The position numbers and the translations under genes were made by a program. From an uncultured Fibrobacteria bacterium (GTDB taxonomy: Bacteria; Fibrobacterota; Fibrobacteria; UBA11236): DNA of 64,000 nucleotides. Every line of letters begins with the position of its first letter. Positions within the stretch are counted from its first letter, which is position 1. The notes under the pieces were generated by a model. That model was given only the letters and a program-made list of their open reading frames with translations, had not been told where the DNA came from and did no database searches. The stretch covers positions 1,984,001 to 2,048,000 of the forward strand of contig OY970309.1 of assembly GCA_963716395.1 (NCBI GenBank), given 5' to 3'. Below, one piece after another: positions 19,878 through 29,425 of this stretch.

Positions 19878-21670
19878 GGCGGCCGGGCCGGAGGCGCGCT
19901 GCGCTCCGGGTCGCCTTGGCCGCCGCGTTTGCCGCCGTGGCCGGCGCGGGCCTGCATTGCGCGCATGTCGAACCGCCGCCGGGTGGTCCCATCGATACCA
20001 TTCCGCCCGTGATTATCGCGGTGCATCCCGCTCCGGGCGCAGTGGACGTGCCGCGGGATGTGGTGGCCGCGCTGCGCTTTTCGGAGTGGATCGATCGCGG
20101 CGCCGCCCGCGGCCACGTGCTGCTGTCGCCGCCTCTGCCCGGAAGGCTGAAGGGCGAGGTGGATGGCGATCGTCTCATACTGCATTGGCCGCGGACCTTG
20201 CAAGCGAATACGGCCTACCGTTTGACCGTCCTGGGGACGGTGAAGGACTTGCATGGCAACTCCATGGGCCGCGCCTTCTCCCTGGCCTTCTCCACCGGTC
20301 GCAGCTTTGATTCGGGGGCGGTGGCCGGCCGCGTGATGGTTTTGGATCGCAAAGGCCCGGCGCTGGTGGCCCTCTACCGCGCCGTCGGCCGCGACAGCGG
20401 ACGCGTATGGCCGCGGACCTTGCAGGCCGCGGCGGCCTTCCGGCCCGACTCGTTGCCCCATCCCGGCCGCGAATTGCCGGCCTTCATCGCGCCGGCCGAT
20501 TCGCTGGGGGCCTTTGCGCTCGACTCGGTGAGCCAGGGCGATTACGCGCTGCTGGCCTTTGAAGACATCGACGGCAATCTGCTGCCGGATGCGGGTTTCG
20601 AGCCGATGGCCGTTGGTCCCGCCAACCTGCATCTGGGACCGCGCGCTCCCGATCAGTTTTTGCGCATGGCCGTGATCGACACCACGCCCCCGCGCCTGCG
20701 CTCGGCCCGTATCCTTCCCGATACCGTGGGGGATTCCTCCGTTCCGGCCGCGGTGCGGGTGAAATTCGATCGCCAGGTCGAGCCTTTCGCCGCGGCCGAT
20801 GCGGGGAATTACCAGTTGTACGCGCCGGGCGATACGGTACGCGTCGCGGCCGTGGGCTGGGACGCGGTGGCCGGGGACTGGGTGCTGTCCGTTGTGCTTC
20901 GTCCCAAAACCTCCTATCGGCTGCGGGTGCGCAACGTGCGCGATCTTTCCGGACAGGCGGTGGCGGCGGCCGGGGACACTTTGGCCTGCACCGCGGCCCC
21001 GCCCGACACCTTGGCCTGGACCTTGTCCTTTCTTTATCCGCCCGACGCGTCGGGATATGCATCGCCGCGCCCGCCGGGCGATTTGCCGACCACCGACAGT
21101 CTGCGCCTGCGCAGCAGCCGTCTGTTGACGCCGGCGCGCTGGAGCGTCTTGAAAGATCGCCTGGAGGCGCGGGTCGATACGGTGCCTGCCCCCATCCATT
21201 TGCAGCCCGCGGGACCGGTGGAATTCACCCTCAGCCTGGGCCGCGCGCTCCGCCCCGGCCAATCCCTGCGTCTGCGCCTGCGGCCGATTCCACCCGACAC
21301 GATAATCCGCACCCTGGCCTCCGGGCAGGCCGTCGATTCCGCCCATCTCGGCGCCTTGAAATTCGCCGTGAAAGGTTGGGCGGGTTGGACGTTCCTGTTG
21401 CAAGGCCCGGCCCCGGCTGCGGAGCGCGTGATTTCGGCCGGGGGCGATACGGCGGCCACCGGATCCATCCCGGCCGGCCTATACCGGATTGCGGCCTTCT
21501 GGGATCGGGATCACAACGGTATTTGGAATCCGGGCGCGCTCCGCCCCTGGACGCCGCAGGAACCCTTCGCCGTGCTTATCGATTCGATCCGCGTCACGCC
21601 CGGCGCGGCCACCGACGCCACGCCGTTGGTGCCGGGGTATTCGGGGGCGGCGTTGACGCCGGCCAAGTGA
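19874..21670 (+). CDS. Big_5 Ig-like-domain lipoprotein (start uncertain)
   Basis: Lipobox-like GLHC followed by PPPGGPIDTIPP; FSEWID, FSTG; two DxDxN loops (DIDGN, DRDHNG); TTG overlaps the lepB stop. Confidence 0.75.
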   Translation: MRRPGRRRAALRVALAAAFAAVAGAGLHCAHVEPPPGGPIDTIPPVIIAVHPAPGAVDVPRDVVAALRFSEWIDRGAARGHVLLSPPLPGRLKGEVDGDRLILHWPRTLQANTAYRLTVLGTVKDLHGNSMGRAFSLAFSTGRSFDSGAVAGRVMVLDRKGPALVALYRAVGRDSGRVWPRTLQAAAAFRPDSLPHPGRELPAFIAPADSLGAFALDSVSQGDYALLAFEDIDGNLLPDAGFEPMAVGPANLHLGPRAPDQFLRMAVIDTTPPRLRSARILPDTVGDSSVPAAVRVKFDRQVEPFAAADAGNYQLYAPGDTVRVAAVGWDAVAGDWVLSVVLRPKTSYRLRVRNVRDLSGQAVAAAGDTLACTAAPPDTLAWTLSFLYPPDASGYASPRPPGDLPTTDSLRLRSSRLLTPARWSVLKDRLEARVDTVPAPIHLQPAGPVEFTLSLGRALRPGQSLRLRLRPIPPDTIIRTLASGQAVDSAHLGALKFAVKGWAGWTFLLQGPAPAAERVISAGGDTAATGSIPAGLYRIAAFWDRDHNGIWNPGALRPWTPQEPFAVLIDSIRVTPGAATDATPLVPGYSGAALTPAK

Positions 21671-21718
21671 TCGGCGCACGCACTTTTAGAGTGCGCGGGC
21701 TTGCTAACTTTCTTCGCC

Positions 21719-22228
21719 ATGGAAGGGCCCGCGGTTCCCCTCGCCTCGAGTCTGGAGCATGCGTCTTTGGAGCGCCTGGAAAAATATTTGGCGCGCCACG
21801 GTCTGCAATGCCGGGTCGAGCGCGCTCCGGAGCCGTCGGAGCGCTTTGTGCTTACGGTGGCCGCCGCCGACGCCGACAAGGCCAAGCGGCTGTTCGAAGA
21901 CATCGCGCTGCGCGGCGGCGATATGAGCGCGGCCGACGAATGGGTGGAACTTCGCTGCGACGAAAATGAACGCAATGAAATCGCCGCCTGGCTGCAATTG
22001 CTGCTCGACGAGCAGGATGTGGAGGGTTCGCCGATTTTCTTCTACCGCCCGCAGTACGAGGCCCTGCTCGACGCCCTGATGGCGCAGGGCCACGCCGAAG
22101 TTTCGGTGTTTTTGCTGCGCGGCCTCGGCCCCTTTCTTCCCGAAGGCCCGCGGCGCATGGTGATGAGCCGCGCCTTGCAGGAGTTCTTCCAGTTGATCGA
22201 ATCCGTTGCGGCGGACGAAGAGAGCTGA
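21719..22228 (+). CDS. Hypothetical protein
   Basis: 169-aa acidic ORF filling the gap before the kinase; TAACTT lies 8 nt before the ATG. Confidence 0.6.
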   Translation: MEGPAVPLASSLEHASLERLEKYLARHGLQCRVERAPEPSERFVLTVAAADADKAKRLFEDIALRGGDMSAADEWVELRCDENERNEIAAWLQLLLDEQDVEGSPIFFYRPQYEALLDALMAQGHAEVSVFLLRGLGPFLPEGPRRMVMSRALQEFFQLIESVAADEES

Positions 22229-22239
22229 TACCTCCGGGC

Positions 22240-23748
22240 ATGCTGCTTCCCGACCTCAGCGATCGCCGCTATCAGATCGTCAAAATCCTGGGTCAGGGCG
22301 GATCCGCCGACGTGTATCTGGCCCGCCATCTCGCCTTGGGTGAATTGCGGGTGCTGAAAATTTTGCATCAGGATATTCTTCCCGATTCCAAGCGCCGCAC
22401 CCGCTTTCTGCAAGAGGCCAAACTCGCCGCGCACTTGAAGCACCCCGCGATTGTACGCGTGTTCGACGTTACGCAAACCCGCGCTTCCCTGCAAATCGAG
22501 ATGGAATACATCGAAGGCCAGAGTTTGCGCCAGTATCTGGAACAGAAAAGCCGCCTGCCGCCCCCCGTGGCGGTGGCCGTGATCGAAGCGGTGCTGGAAG
22601 GGCTGGAGCATGCGCATGCCGCCACGCTGAACTTCGACGGCGTGGAATACGACGGGGTCATCCACCGCGATCTCAAACCCGAGAATATTCTGCTGCGGCG
22701 GGACGGCCAGCCCGTGATTTGCGATTTCGGCATCGCCAAGCTCGGGGCCGATTTGCTCTCGATGACCCAGAACGTCAGCGGCAGCGTGCCGTACATGGCG
22801 CCCGAACGCCTGCGCGGCGAGAACTCCACGCGCGCCATCGACGTCTTCGCGCTGGGCGTGATGCTGTTCGAAATTCTGGCCGGGTTCCGGCCTTTTCGCG
22901 GCGACAACCGCACCGAGGTGATCGAGAATATTCTCAAGTGGAACATCGCCGACATCCGCGCCGATCTCCCCGATCTCGATCCCGCCCTGCTGGAGATTCT
23001 GCAACGGGCGCTGGCGCGCGATCCCTCCGATCGCTATGCCGACGCGGGACAAATGCGGGCGGCCTTGGGTCCGCTGTACAAGCAGTACCACGGCGAGGCT
23101 CCGCCGCGCCAGGTGATCGGCGAGTTTTTGCGCCTCGGGCGTATCACCACCACCGAATTCCGCGCCTTGCTGCCGGAAGAATCCTTCTGGTCGCGCCGCC
23201 TGTGGTGGTGGGGCCTGCCGGCCGTGGCGGTGTTGGGGTTGACGGCGGTTTTGGTGGGGCGCCCCGCATTTTTGCATGCTCCGCAGGGATTCGCGGCCTT
23301 GGCCGCGGCCGGAAAACTCAAGCAGGCCGCCGAACATCTGCCTACCGAACCCCAGACCCGGCAGGCGGCCTGCTTCGCCCTGGCCCAGGACTATTGGCAG
23401 CGCCGGGATGCGCAGACGGCGCTCTGGTGGACGGATCAGGCGCTGGACGCGGGTCCGCATCCCCGTATGTACGCCTTGCGGGCCGAAATCTATCTGGACC
23501 GGGGTTTGCGCAACCGCGCCCGCGACGAATTGGATCGCGAACACCCCTTTCTCGGCCGCTCCAGCGTCGAAACCCAGGCCCAGTATTATTGGCTGCTAAG
23601 CCGGTGGCTGCATGCCGTACCTTCGCCGCTGGCGGCGGGCCAGCGGCGCGAGTTGCGCGCCAGCCTCGAAGCGGTGCTCAAACTGGTCGGCAACCCCACC
23701 GATCCCCGCCACGTGGCCGCCCGCCAATGGCTGGTGGATCTGCATTGA
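22240..23748 (+). CDS. Hanks-type Ser/Thr protein kinase with TM helix and C-terminal TPR-like domain
   Basis: GQGGSADVY, VLK, HRDLKPEN, DFG, YMAPE, DVFALG; hydrophobic helix near aa 325-345. Confidence 0.93.
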   Translation: MLLPDLSDRRYQIVKILGQGGSADVYLARHLALGELRVLKILHQDILPDSKRRTRFLQEAKLAAHLKHPAIVRVFDVTQTRASLQIEMEYIEGQSLRQYLEQKSRLPPPVAVAVIEAVLEGLEHAHAATLNFDGVEYDGVIHRDLKPENILLRRDGQPVICDFGIAKLGADLLSMTQNVSGSVPYMAPERLRGENSTRAIDVFALGVMLFEILAGFRPFRGDNRTEVIENILKWNIADIRADLPDLDPALLEILQRALARDPSDRYADAGQMRAALGPLYKQYHGEAPPRQVIGEFLRLGRITTTEFRALLPEESFWSRRLWWWGLPAVAVLGLTAVLVGRPAFLHAPQGFAALAAAGKLKQAAEHLPTEPQTRQAACFALAQDYWQRRDAQTALWWTDQALDAGPHPRMYALRAEIYLDRGLRNRARDELDREHPFLGRSSVETQAQYYWLLSRWLHAVPSPLAAGQRRELRASLEAVLKLVGNPTDPRHVAARQWLVDLH

Positions 23749-23769
23749 CGGCGGCGTCGCTCCGCCAGA

Positions 23770-26355
23770 TTGGATATATTTGTGAAACCTGTCACTGATT
23801 TCGTTGCAGTGGACGTCGAGACCACGGGGCTCGACTTCGAGACCGAGGCCGTCATCGAGGTGGCGGCCGTGCGCTTCGCGGCCGGCGCGCCCCAAGCCAC
23901 GTTCACGGCCTTGCTGCCCGCGCCCAAGCCCTTGTCGGCCATGGCCCGTCTGCTGACCGGCCTCGACGAAGACGCGCTGCACGCCGCGCCCCCCTGCGTC
24001 GGGACCCTGCGGGATTTTCTTGACTTCGCCGGTGCGGCGCCGTTGGTGGCGCATAACGCCGAGTTCGACGCCGCCTTTTTGCGCCGCGCCCTGGAACGCG
24101 AAGGGCTACCCGCGCCCGCCGGCCCTTGGCTCGATTCGCTGCTGTTGGCGCGCGCGGCCTGGCCCGATTGGGAAAGCCACCGGCTCGAAGCCCTGGCCGA
24201 ACGCCTGCACTTGGACGCGGTCGACGCGCATCGCGCTTTGCCCGACGCCCGCCGCGCCGGCGAAGTGTTTGTGCGGGCGCAGGCGCGGTTGGCCGCGCTG
24301 CCGGCCGGCACGCAAGCCGATTTGTCGCGCCTGCTGGGCGGCGATCCGGTGTGGGGAACCGTTTTCGCCGCCGGCCCGGTCGGGGAAACTTCGGAGTTAC
24401 CGATCGCCGGTCCGGAGGCGGTAGGGAAGGCCGCCGGTGCGGGGAAAAACCCCGATCCGCGCACCGCGGCCATCGCCGCAGCCATCGCGAAGGCTTGGGA
24501 AGCGGGCGGCTGGCCCCTCTGCGAAACGCCGGCCACTTGCGACGATGCCGAAATCGCCTGGCTCGCGGCGCGCCGCTATGCGTCGGGGGGCCGCCGCGTG
24601 TTGCTGGCCGTGCCCAGCCGGGAGTGGGAACGCCTGCGCGCCGTCCATGGCGGACCGGAGGATGCGACGGCGGCCCTGGGCGAGCCGCAGGGATATTGGT
24701 GCCGAAGCCGCTGGCACGAAATCATGGCCGACGCGGAACGCCGTTTGTCGCCGGAAGAGCGGCGCTTGGCCCTGCCTTTGGCCGTTTGGGCGGCCGGCAC
24801 GCCTTCGGGCTGGCTGGGCGATTGCCGGGGATTCTCCGCCGGCCGCGCCCGCCGGCTGGCGGCTGCCATGGCCTGCGATGCCTATGAAGACGATCCCGCG
24901 GCCCGGGCCGCGCGGGCGGCGGCGGAAAACGCCGATGTGATTTTGGTGACACATGCCGCTTTATTTGCCCATTTGCGCTGGGAGGGCGCCTTGCTCCCTT
25001 CGGCCGATGCCGTGGTTTTTGCGGGTGCCGAAGCCTTGCCTGACGCCGCGGTCGCGGGCTGCGGCTGCGCCGTCTCCTTTTTTCGACTGCGGTTTATCCT
25101 GCAGGCGCTGCGGCTGGCGGCGGATCGGCCGTTTGGATTGTGGCCCGCGCTGGCCGACGCGGCTGCCGCCCCGTTCTCGCCCGAGGCCTGGTTCGAACCC
25201 GAGCGGCAATTGCAGCGCTTTCTGCAAAAACTGGCCAAGTCGGCCAAGCGCCGCGCGCCCTATGCATCCATCCGGCGGTATGCCGGAGCCGTGGCTTTGG
25301 AGTTCGACGCCAATCCCGAGCCCGTGCTGCTGGCGCTCAAGGAACAGGAAGACGGGTTGCGGGCCTGGGCCGAGCGCGTTTCCTCCGACCGCCTGCGCCC
25401 GGAAGCCGTTCGCATCGCCGATCGCCTGCGCGCCTTTCGCCTCGATTTTGCCCGGCTGTGTGATGCCAAGGAAGCCGGCGTGTATTGGGTCGAGGAATTT
25501 TCCAATCCCCATAAGGCGGTGATGCATTGGGTGCCGGAGGATCTTGGACCCGTGTTCGGCGAAAGGTTGCACTCCTGGTTTCGCGCCGGATCCCTGCTGT
25601 CGCCCGCCCTGGCTTCGGCCGATGGCGGTACGCGTTTTTTCGCCGGGCTGCTGGGATGGCCCGCTTCACCGCCGCCGGTGAAGCAACCGCCGGCGGAGAT
25701 CGCCTCAGTCCCTCCGTTTTTGCTGGCGCCTTTCGTGGCTACGGCGGTTTCCGCGCCCGTATCAACCGAGAGCGCTCCGGCCTTCGCCGAACTTTTGGTC
25801 CGCGCCTTAGAGCCGTTTCCCGAGACCGGTTTTTGGGTTTTTCTGCCCTCCTTCGGCGTCGTGCGCGCCGTGCAGCCCATCCTGGCGGGGGCCCTGCCGG
25901 GCCGCGCGCTCTGGGCCCAGCATCTCGATGGCGGTCCCGAGGCGCTGGTGCGGCTCTTCGCTTCCGCGCGCGGCGGTGTGGTGCTGGCCACCGAAGGTAT
26001 TGAAGGTTTGCGTGACGCCACGGGTGCCGCGCCGGCCGTGGCGGTGATCGCCCGCATGCCCCTGCCCTCGGGGCGCGATCCCTGGCTGGAAGCCCGGGGC
26101 GAGGCGCTGCGGGCCGAAGGCCGCAACGTGCGCCGCGAATTATGGCATCCGGCCGCGGTGCTTCGCCTCAAACGCGAAGTGGCCCGACTGGGGCGCGACG
26201 GCGGGCCCAAGGTTTATTGGTGCCTCGACGCCCGCGCCAGCGGCGACGGTCTCGGCGTATTGGTTGCGCGTTCGCTGCCGGCTGTGCCGCAGCCTTGCAG
26301 CGATCTGGCGGCGTTGCAGGCGGCCACCCGGCGGGCGCTGGAGTGCAGCCCGTAA
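23770..26355 (+). CDS. DEDDh 3'-5' exonuclease fused to a degenerate DinG-type helicase
   Basis: DVETTG, HNAEFD and HRALPDA are intact. DinG-like landmarks (ADVILVTHAALF, VIARMPLP..DP) are present but ATPase motifs are missing. Confidence 0.8.
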   Translation: MDIFVKPVTDFVAVDVETTGLDFETEAVIEVAAVRFAAGAPQATFTALLPAPKPLSAMARLLTGLDEDALHAAPPCVGTLRDFLDFAGAAPLVAHNAEFDAAFLRRALEREGLPAPAGPWLDSLLLARAAWPDWESHRLEALAERLHLDAVDAHRALPDARRAGEVFVRAQARLAALPAGTQADLSRLLGGDPVWGTVFAAGPVGETSELPIAGPEAVGKAAGAGKNPDPRTAAIAAAIAKAWEAGGWPLCETPATCDDAEIAWLAARRYASGGRRVLLAVPSREWERLRAVHGGPEDATAALGEPQGYWCRSRWHEIMADAERRLSPEERRLALPLAVWAAGTPSGWLGDCRGFSAGRARRLAAAMACDAYEDDPAARAARAAAENADVILVTHAALFAHLRWEGALLPSADAVVFAGAEALPDAAVAGCGCAVSFFRLRFILQALRLAADRPFGLWPALADAAAAPFSPEAWFEPERQLQRFLQKLAKSAKRRAPYASIRRYAGAVALEFDANPEPVLLALKEQEDGLRAWAERVSSDRLRPEAVRIADRLRAFRLDFARLCDAKEAGVYWVEEFSNPHKAVMHWVPEDLGPVFGERLHSWFRAGSLLSPALASADGGTRFFAGLLGWPASPPPVKQPPAEIASVPPFLLAPFVATAVSAPVSTESAPAFAELLVRALEPFPETGFWVFLPSFGVVRAVQPILAGALPGRALWAQHLDGGPEALVRLFASARGGVVLATEGIEGLRDATGAAPAVAVIARMPLPSGRDPWLEARGEALRAEGRNVRRELWHPAAVLRLKREVARLGRDGGPKVYWCLDARASGDGLGVLVARSLPAVPQPCSDLAALQAATRRALECSP

Positions 26356-26401
26356 CCCGAAAGTGACGCCGGCCTCGGCCGGCCTTCCTATCTTTACCCG
26401 G

Positions 26402-26926
26402 GTGTTGCGGTGGTTCGGTGCGGCGGCCGGTTTCGCCTTCTTCATCTGTCTCTTCGGCTGTCTCTTCGGCTGTCTCTTTGGCTGCCTCTGCGGTTGCTAT
26501 AGCTTTTCGGGCACCACACTGCCGGCGCATTTGCACACCATCCACATCGATCCGGTCGACAACCAGACGCTGCAATCCGCGGTGGCCGACGAAATCACCC
26601 AAGGCTTGCTCGACGGATTCCGCAGCCGCAGCAATTTGCGCGAGGTCAACGAAGGTGGCGACGCCGAATTGCACACGACCTTGACGCAGTACTCCCAATC
26701 GCCGCAAAGCACTTCCGGATCCACGGTGACCACCTTTCGCGTGGACATGCTGCTGCAGGTGGTGTTCGTCGACCGCGTGCAGGGGGATACGCTCTACCGC
26801 GATGACCGCGTGCCGGGCTACGGGTTTTACGCCCCCGACCGCGGCGAAACCGAAGAAACCGCGCGCAAGCAGGCGGTCGACAACGTGGTCAAGGTGGTGC
26901 TCGACAATACCGTGTCGGCGTGGTAG
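26402..26926 (+). CDS. lptE: LptE-family lipoprotein
   Basis: GC-YSFSGTTLPAHLHTIHIDPVDNQT pattern, ends VSAW; GTG lies 7 nt after TATCTT. Confidence 0.75.
   Translation: MLRWFGAAAGFAFFICLFGCLFGCLFGCLCGCYSFSGTTLPAHLHTIHIDPVDNQTLQSAVADEITQGLLDGFRSRSNLREVNEGGDAELHTTLTQYSQSPQSTSGSTVTTFRVDMLLQVVFVDRVQGDTLYRDDRVPGYGFYAPDRGETEETARKQAVDNVVKVVLDNTVSAW
26446..26493 (+). repeat. 12-bp tandem repeat x4 in the lptE signal peptide
   Basis: CTGTCTCTTCGG, CTGTCTCTTCGG, CTGTCTCTTTGG, CTGCCTCTGCGG encoding (CLFG)3 CLCG. Confidence 0.9.
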
Positions 26927-26935
26927 CTTTTTCCC

Positions 26936-27787
26936 ATGCGCTTCATCAAAATGCAGGGTACGGGCAACGACTACGTCTACATCGACGCCCGTCGCGAAAG
27001 CGTGGCGGATCCCGCGGCGCTGGCCGCGGCCGTGTCGCACCGCCACTTCGGCGTCGGCGCCGACGGCCTGATTCTCATCAAGCCCCATTCCGAAGGCGAT
27101 GCCGAAATGGAGATGTACAACGCCGACGGATCGCGCGCCGAGATGTGCGGCAACGGATTGCGCTGCGTGGCCAAATACGTGCATGACACCTATGCGCCGG
27201 GACGCGATCGCCTGCGCCTCCTGACCGGCGCGGGTTGGCGCACGGCCCGCATCGTGGCCCGCGACGCTTCCGGCCGCGCGTGCCGCGTGCAACTGGACAT
27301 GGGGAAACCGGAGTTCCGCGGCCGGGAAATTCCCACCGTATTCGACGCGCCCGAAGTCTTGCGCCGAACCCTTGAGGTCGAAGGTGGGCCCTTTGAAATC
27401 AGCGCCGTGTCTATGGGCAACCCCCATTGCGTGATTTATGTCGACGCGGTGCGCGATTTTCCCGTGGCGCAGGTCGGGCCGCGCATTGAACACCATCCCT
27501 GGTTTCCGCACCGGGTCAACGTGGAGTTCGTGCAAATCGTTTCGCCGCAAGCGGTCATCCAGCGCACCTGGGAGCGCGGTTCGGGCGAAACCTGGGCCTG
27601 CGGCACCGGCGCCGCGGCCGTGGCGGCCGTGGGGCGCAAACTCGGCCGCACCGGCGACCGGCTCACCGTGCATCTGACCGGCGGCGATTTGCTGCTGGAA
27701 GCTTCGCCCGACGGCTCGATACTCATGACCGGCCCGGCCGTAGAAGTGTTCCGGGGCGAATTTCCCGGAGCGATGATTCCGGAGTAA
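26936..27787 (+). CDS. dapF: Diaminopimelate epimerase
   Basis: KMQGTGND, EMCGNG, SMGNPH, ERGSGETWACGTG. Confidence 0.97.
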   Translation: MRFIKMQGTGNDYVYIDARRESVADPAALAAAVSHRHFGVGADGLILIKPHSEGDAEMEMYNADGSRAEMCGNGLRCVAKYVHDTYAPGRDRLRLLTGAGWRTARIVARDASGRACRVQLDMGKPEFRGREIPTVFDAPEVLRRTLEVEGGPFEISAVSMGNPHCVIYVDAVRDFPVAQVGPRIEHHPWFPHRVNVEFVQIVSPQAVIQRTWERGSGETWACGTGAAAVAAVGRKLGRTGDRLTVHLTGGDLLLEASPDGSILMTGPAVEVFRGEFPGAMIPE

Positions 27788-27805
27788 CCGTCAGTAACCT
27801 ATAGG

Positions 27806-28339
27806 TTACTGACGCACGATGAAGCCGTGGATGCTTTTGCCTTCCAAATCCACGAGCTTGTCTTCCGCCTCGCGCCGCGTGGCGAAATTCCCCAGCCGCA
27901 ATTTGTAATAAGGCGGATCGAAGGACATGTCGATATTCTCGCCCAGGGTCTTTTCCAGTTCGGCTTTGCGCGCCTGCGCTGAATCGAGGTTGGCGATGGC
28001 GCCGACCTGCACGCAGTAGCCGCCCGCTTCCGGCGCCGCCTCTTCGGCGGAGCCCGCGTTGTTCGCTGCATCCGATGTCTGCACCATGGCGGGGGCAATG
28101 GCCGGCAGCGGCGGGCTATGGGCGTCGAGCACGCGATCGAGTTCGCTGGGCGGCGCGAATTGCCGGGCCGGGGTGGGGAGCGGATGAAACGGATGCGCTT
28201 CCGGCGAGAGGCCGGGGGCGGCCGGAGTGCCCGGTTGCCGCGACCCCGGTAAAAATCCGGCGCAGCCCGACACGGCCGCCGCCAACCCCCAACTCAGGAT
28301 AAGCCGAAAGCAGACGCGGGGCAAGGGGCGGCCGATCAT
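27806..28339 (-). CDS. SPOR-domain lipoprotein
   Basis: Lipobox VSGC; YCVQVGA...PYYKLRLGNFATRREAE. Confidence 0.85.
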   Translation of the reverse strand: MIGRPLPRVCFRLILSWGLAAAVSGCAGFLPGSRQPGTPAAPGLSPEAHPFHPLPTPARQFAPPSELDRVLDAHSPPLPAIAPAMVQTSDAANNAGSAEEAAPEAGGYCVQVGAIANLDSAQARKAELEKTLGENIDMSFDPPYYKLRLGNFATRREAEDKLVDLEGKSIHGFIVRQ

Positions 28340-28382
28340 GCCATCAAATTAATCAACTTCGCCACGCATGTATTTTTTCGGT

Positions 28383-28832
28383 ATGGACGCAGAACAAACC
28401 CTCAGTCACGCCATCGACTGGATGGCGGACGACCGCGACGACGAGGCTGAAGCCCTGCTGGTGGATTTCATGGCGCAGCTGCGTGAGCAAATGGACGGCA
28501 GCGAGGCGGATGCCGGGCGGTATTACTACTGGGGGCGCAGCCTGAGCCTTTTGGATGAGCCGGAGCAGGCCTTGTTGCGTTTCGAAAAATCGCTGGAGGC
28601 GCAACCCGATCACGAAGGGTCGTGGTGGGAAACCGCGTCTATCCTGCTCTACGACCTCGACCGGCCCGAAAGTGCGCTGGTCATTTTGGAGCAGCGCCTG
28701 CTGCCGCTACGACCGGATTATCCGCTGTATGTTGAAGCCCGGGAGTCGGCGCAAACTCTAATCCGTCACCTCCCTCCGCCGGGAGCGTCGGAGATGCCGG
28801 AATCGGGGCCGCCGGAGGCGGGGACGCCCTGA
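28383..28832 (+). CDS. TPR-repeat protein
   Basis: YYYWGRSL..LDEPEQALLRFEKSLEAQPDH TPR pattern. Confidence 0.7.
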   Translation: MDAEQTLSHAIDWMADDRDDEAEALLVDFMAQLREQMDGSEADAGRYYYWGRSLSLLDEPEQALLRFEKSLEAQPDHEGSWWETASILLYDLDRPESALVILEQRLLPLRPDYPLYVEARESAQTLIRHLPPPGASEMPESGPPEAGTP

Positions 28833-29371
28833 GGGGCGCGGCGAACCGCCCGGTACATGGCTTCATCGGCCGCCAACCAGTCGAGCAAGGCCTGGGGCAA
28901 AGGGGGCGATGGGCCGACATGCCCCAGGGCCGACGTCAGATCCGCCACCGGCACCTTGGCCCCGTGCCGCAAAAAGATGCCGCGCAAATACGCCGCGGCC
29001 GAGAGTTCGCCTTTCCCATTCCAGAGGGATTGTTCGAGGTAAATCCAGGTTTCGTCCCAGCCCAACAGGCGGGTGTGCAGTTCGACCCTTTCGAAGACGC
29101 GCACGGGGCGGCGAAAGCGCACCAGGGCGGCCGCCAGTACCGGCACCCAGCGGCCCCGGAAGCCGGCGCGGCCGAGGCCGGCCCGCAGCAGCAAGTCGAA
29201 GCGGCCCAGATCCATCAGGGTCAGATAACGGCCGTTGTTCATATGGCCGTTGGTATCGAGGTCGTTGGGCCACACCCGCAGGCGTAACACGCCGGTTTCC
29301 AGGGGATGCAGCCGCCCGGGGCGCAGCCACAAAAGCGCGACGACCTTCAGCAGGCGAAAAAAGAGGTTCAT
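28766..29371 (-). CDS. Acyl-CoA thioesterase (4HBT/FadM-like)
   Basis: VWPNDLDTNGHMNNGRYLTLMDLGR. Confidence 0.9.
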   Translation of the reverse strand: MNLFFRLLKVVALLWLRPGRLHPLETGVLRLRVWPNDLDTNGHMNNGRYLTLMDLGRFDLLLRAGLGRAGFRGRWVPVLAAALVRFRRPVRVFERVELHTRLLGWDETWIYLEQSLWNGKGELSAAAYLRGIFLRHGAKVPVADLTSALGHVGPSPPLPQALLDWLAADEAMYRAVRRAPQGVPASGGPDSGISDAPGGGR

Positions 29372-29425
29372 GCGGGAAGCAGTATAGCATGGCCGCCCGC
29401 GCGGCGCCGGTAAAAGGCGGCGCGG

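Noticed and set aside
28766-28832. 67-bp overlap of convergent 3' ends (TPR and thioesterase)
   Set aside because: Both tails are low-complexity Pro/Gly, typical stop-codon drift in GC-rich genomes.
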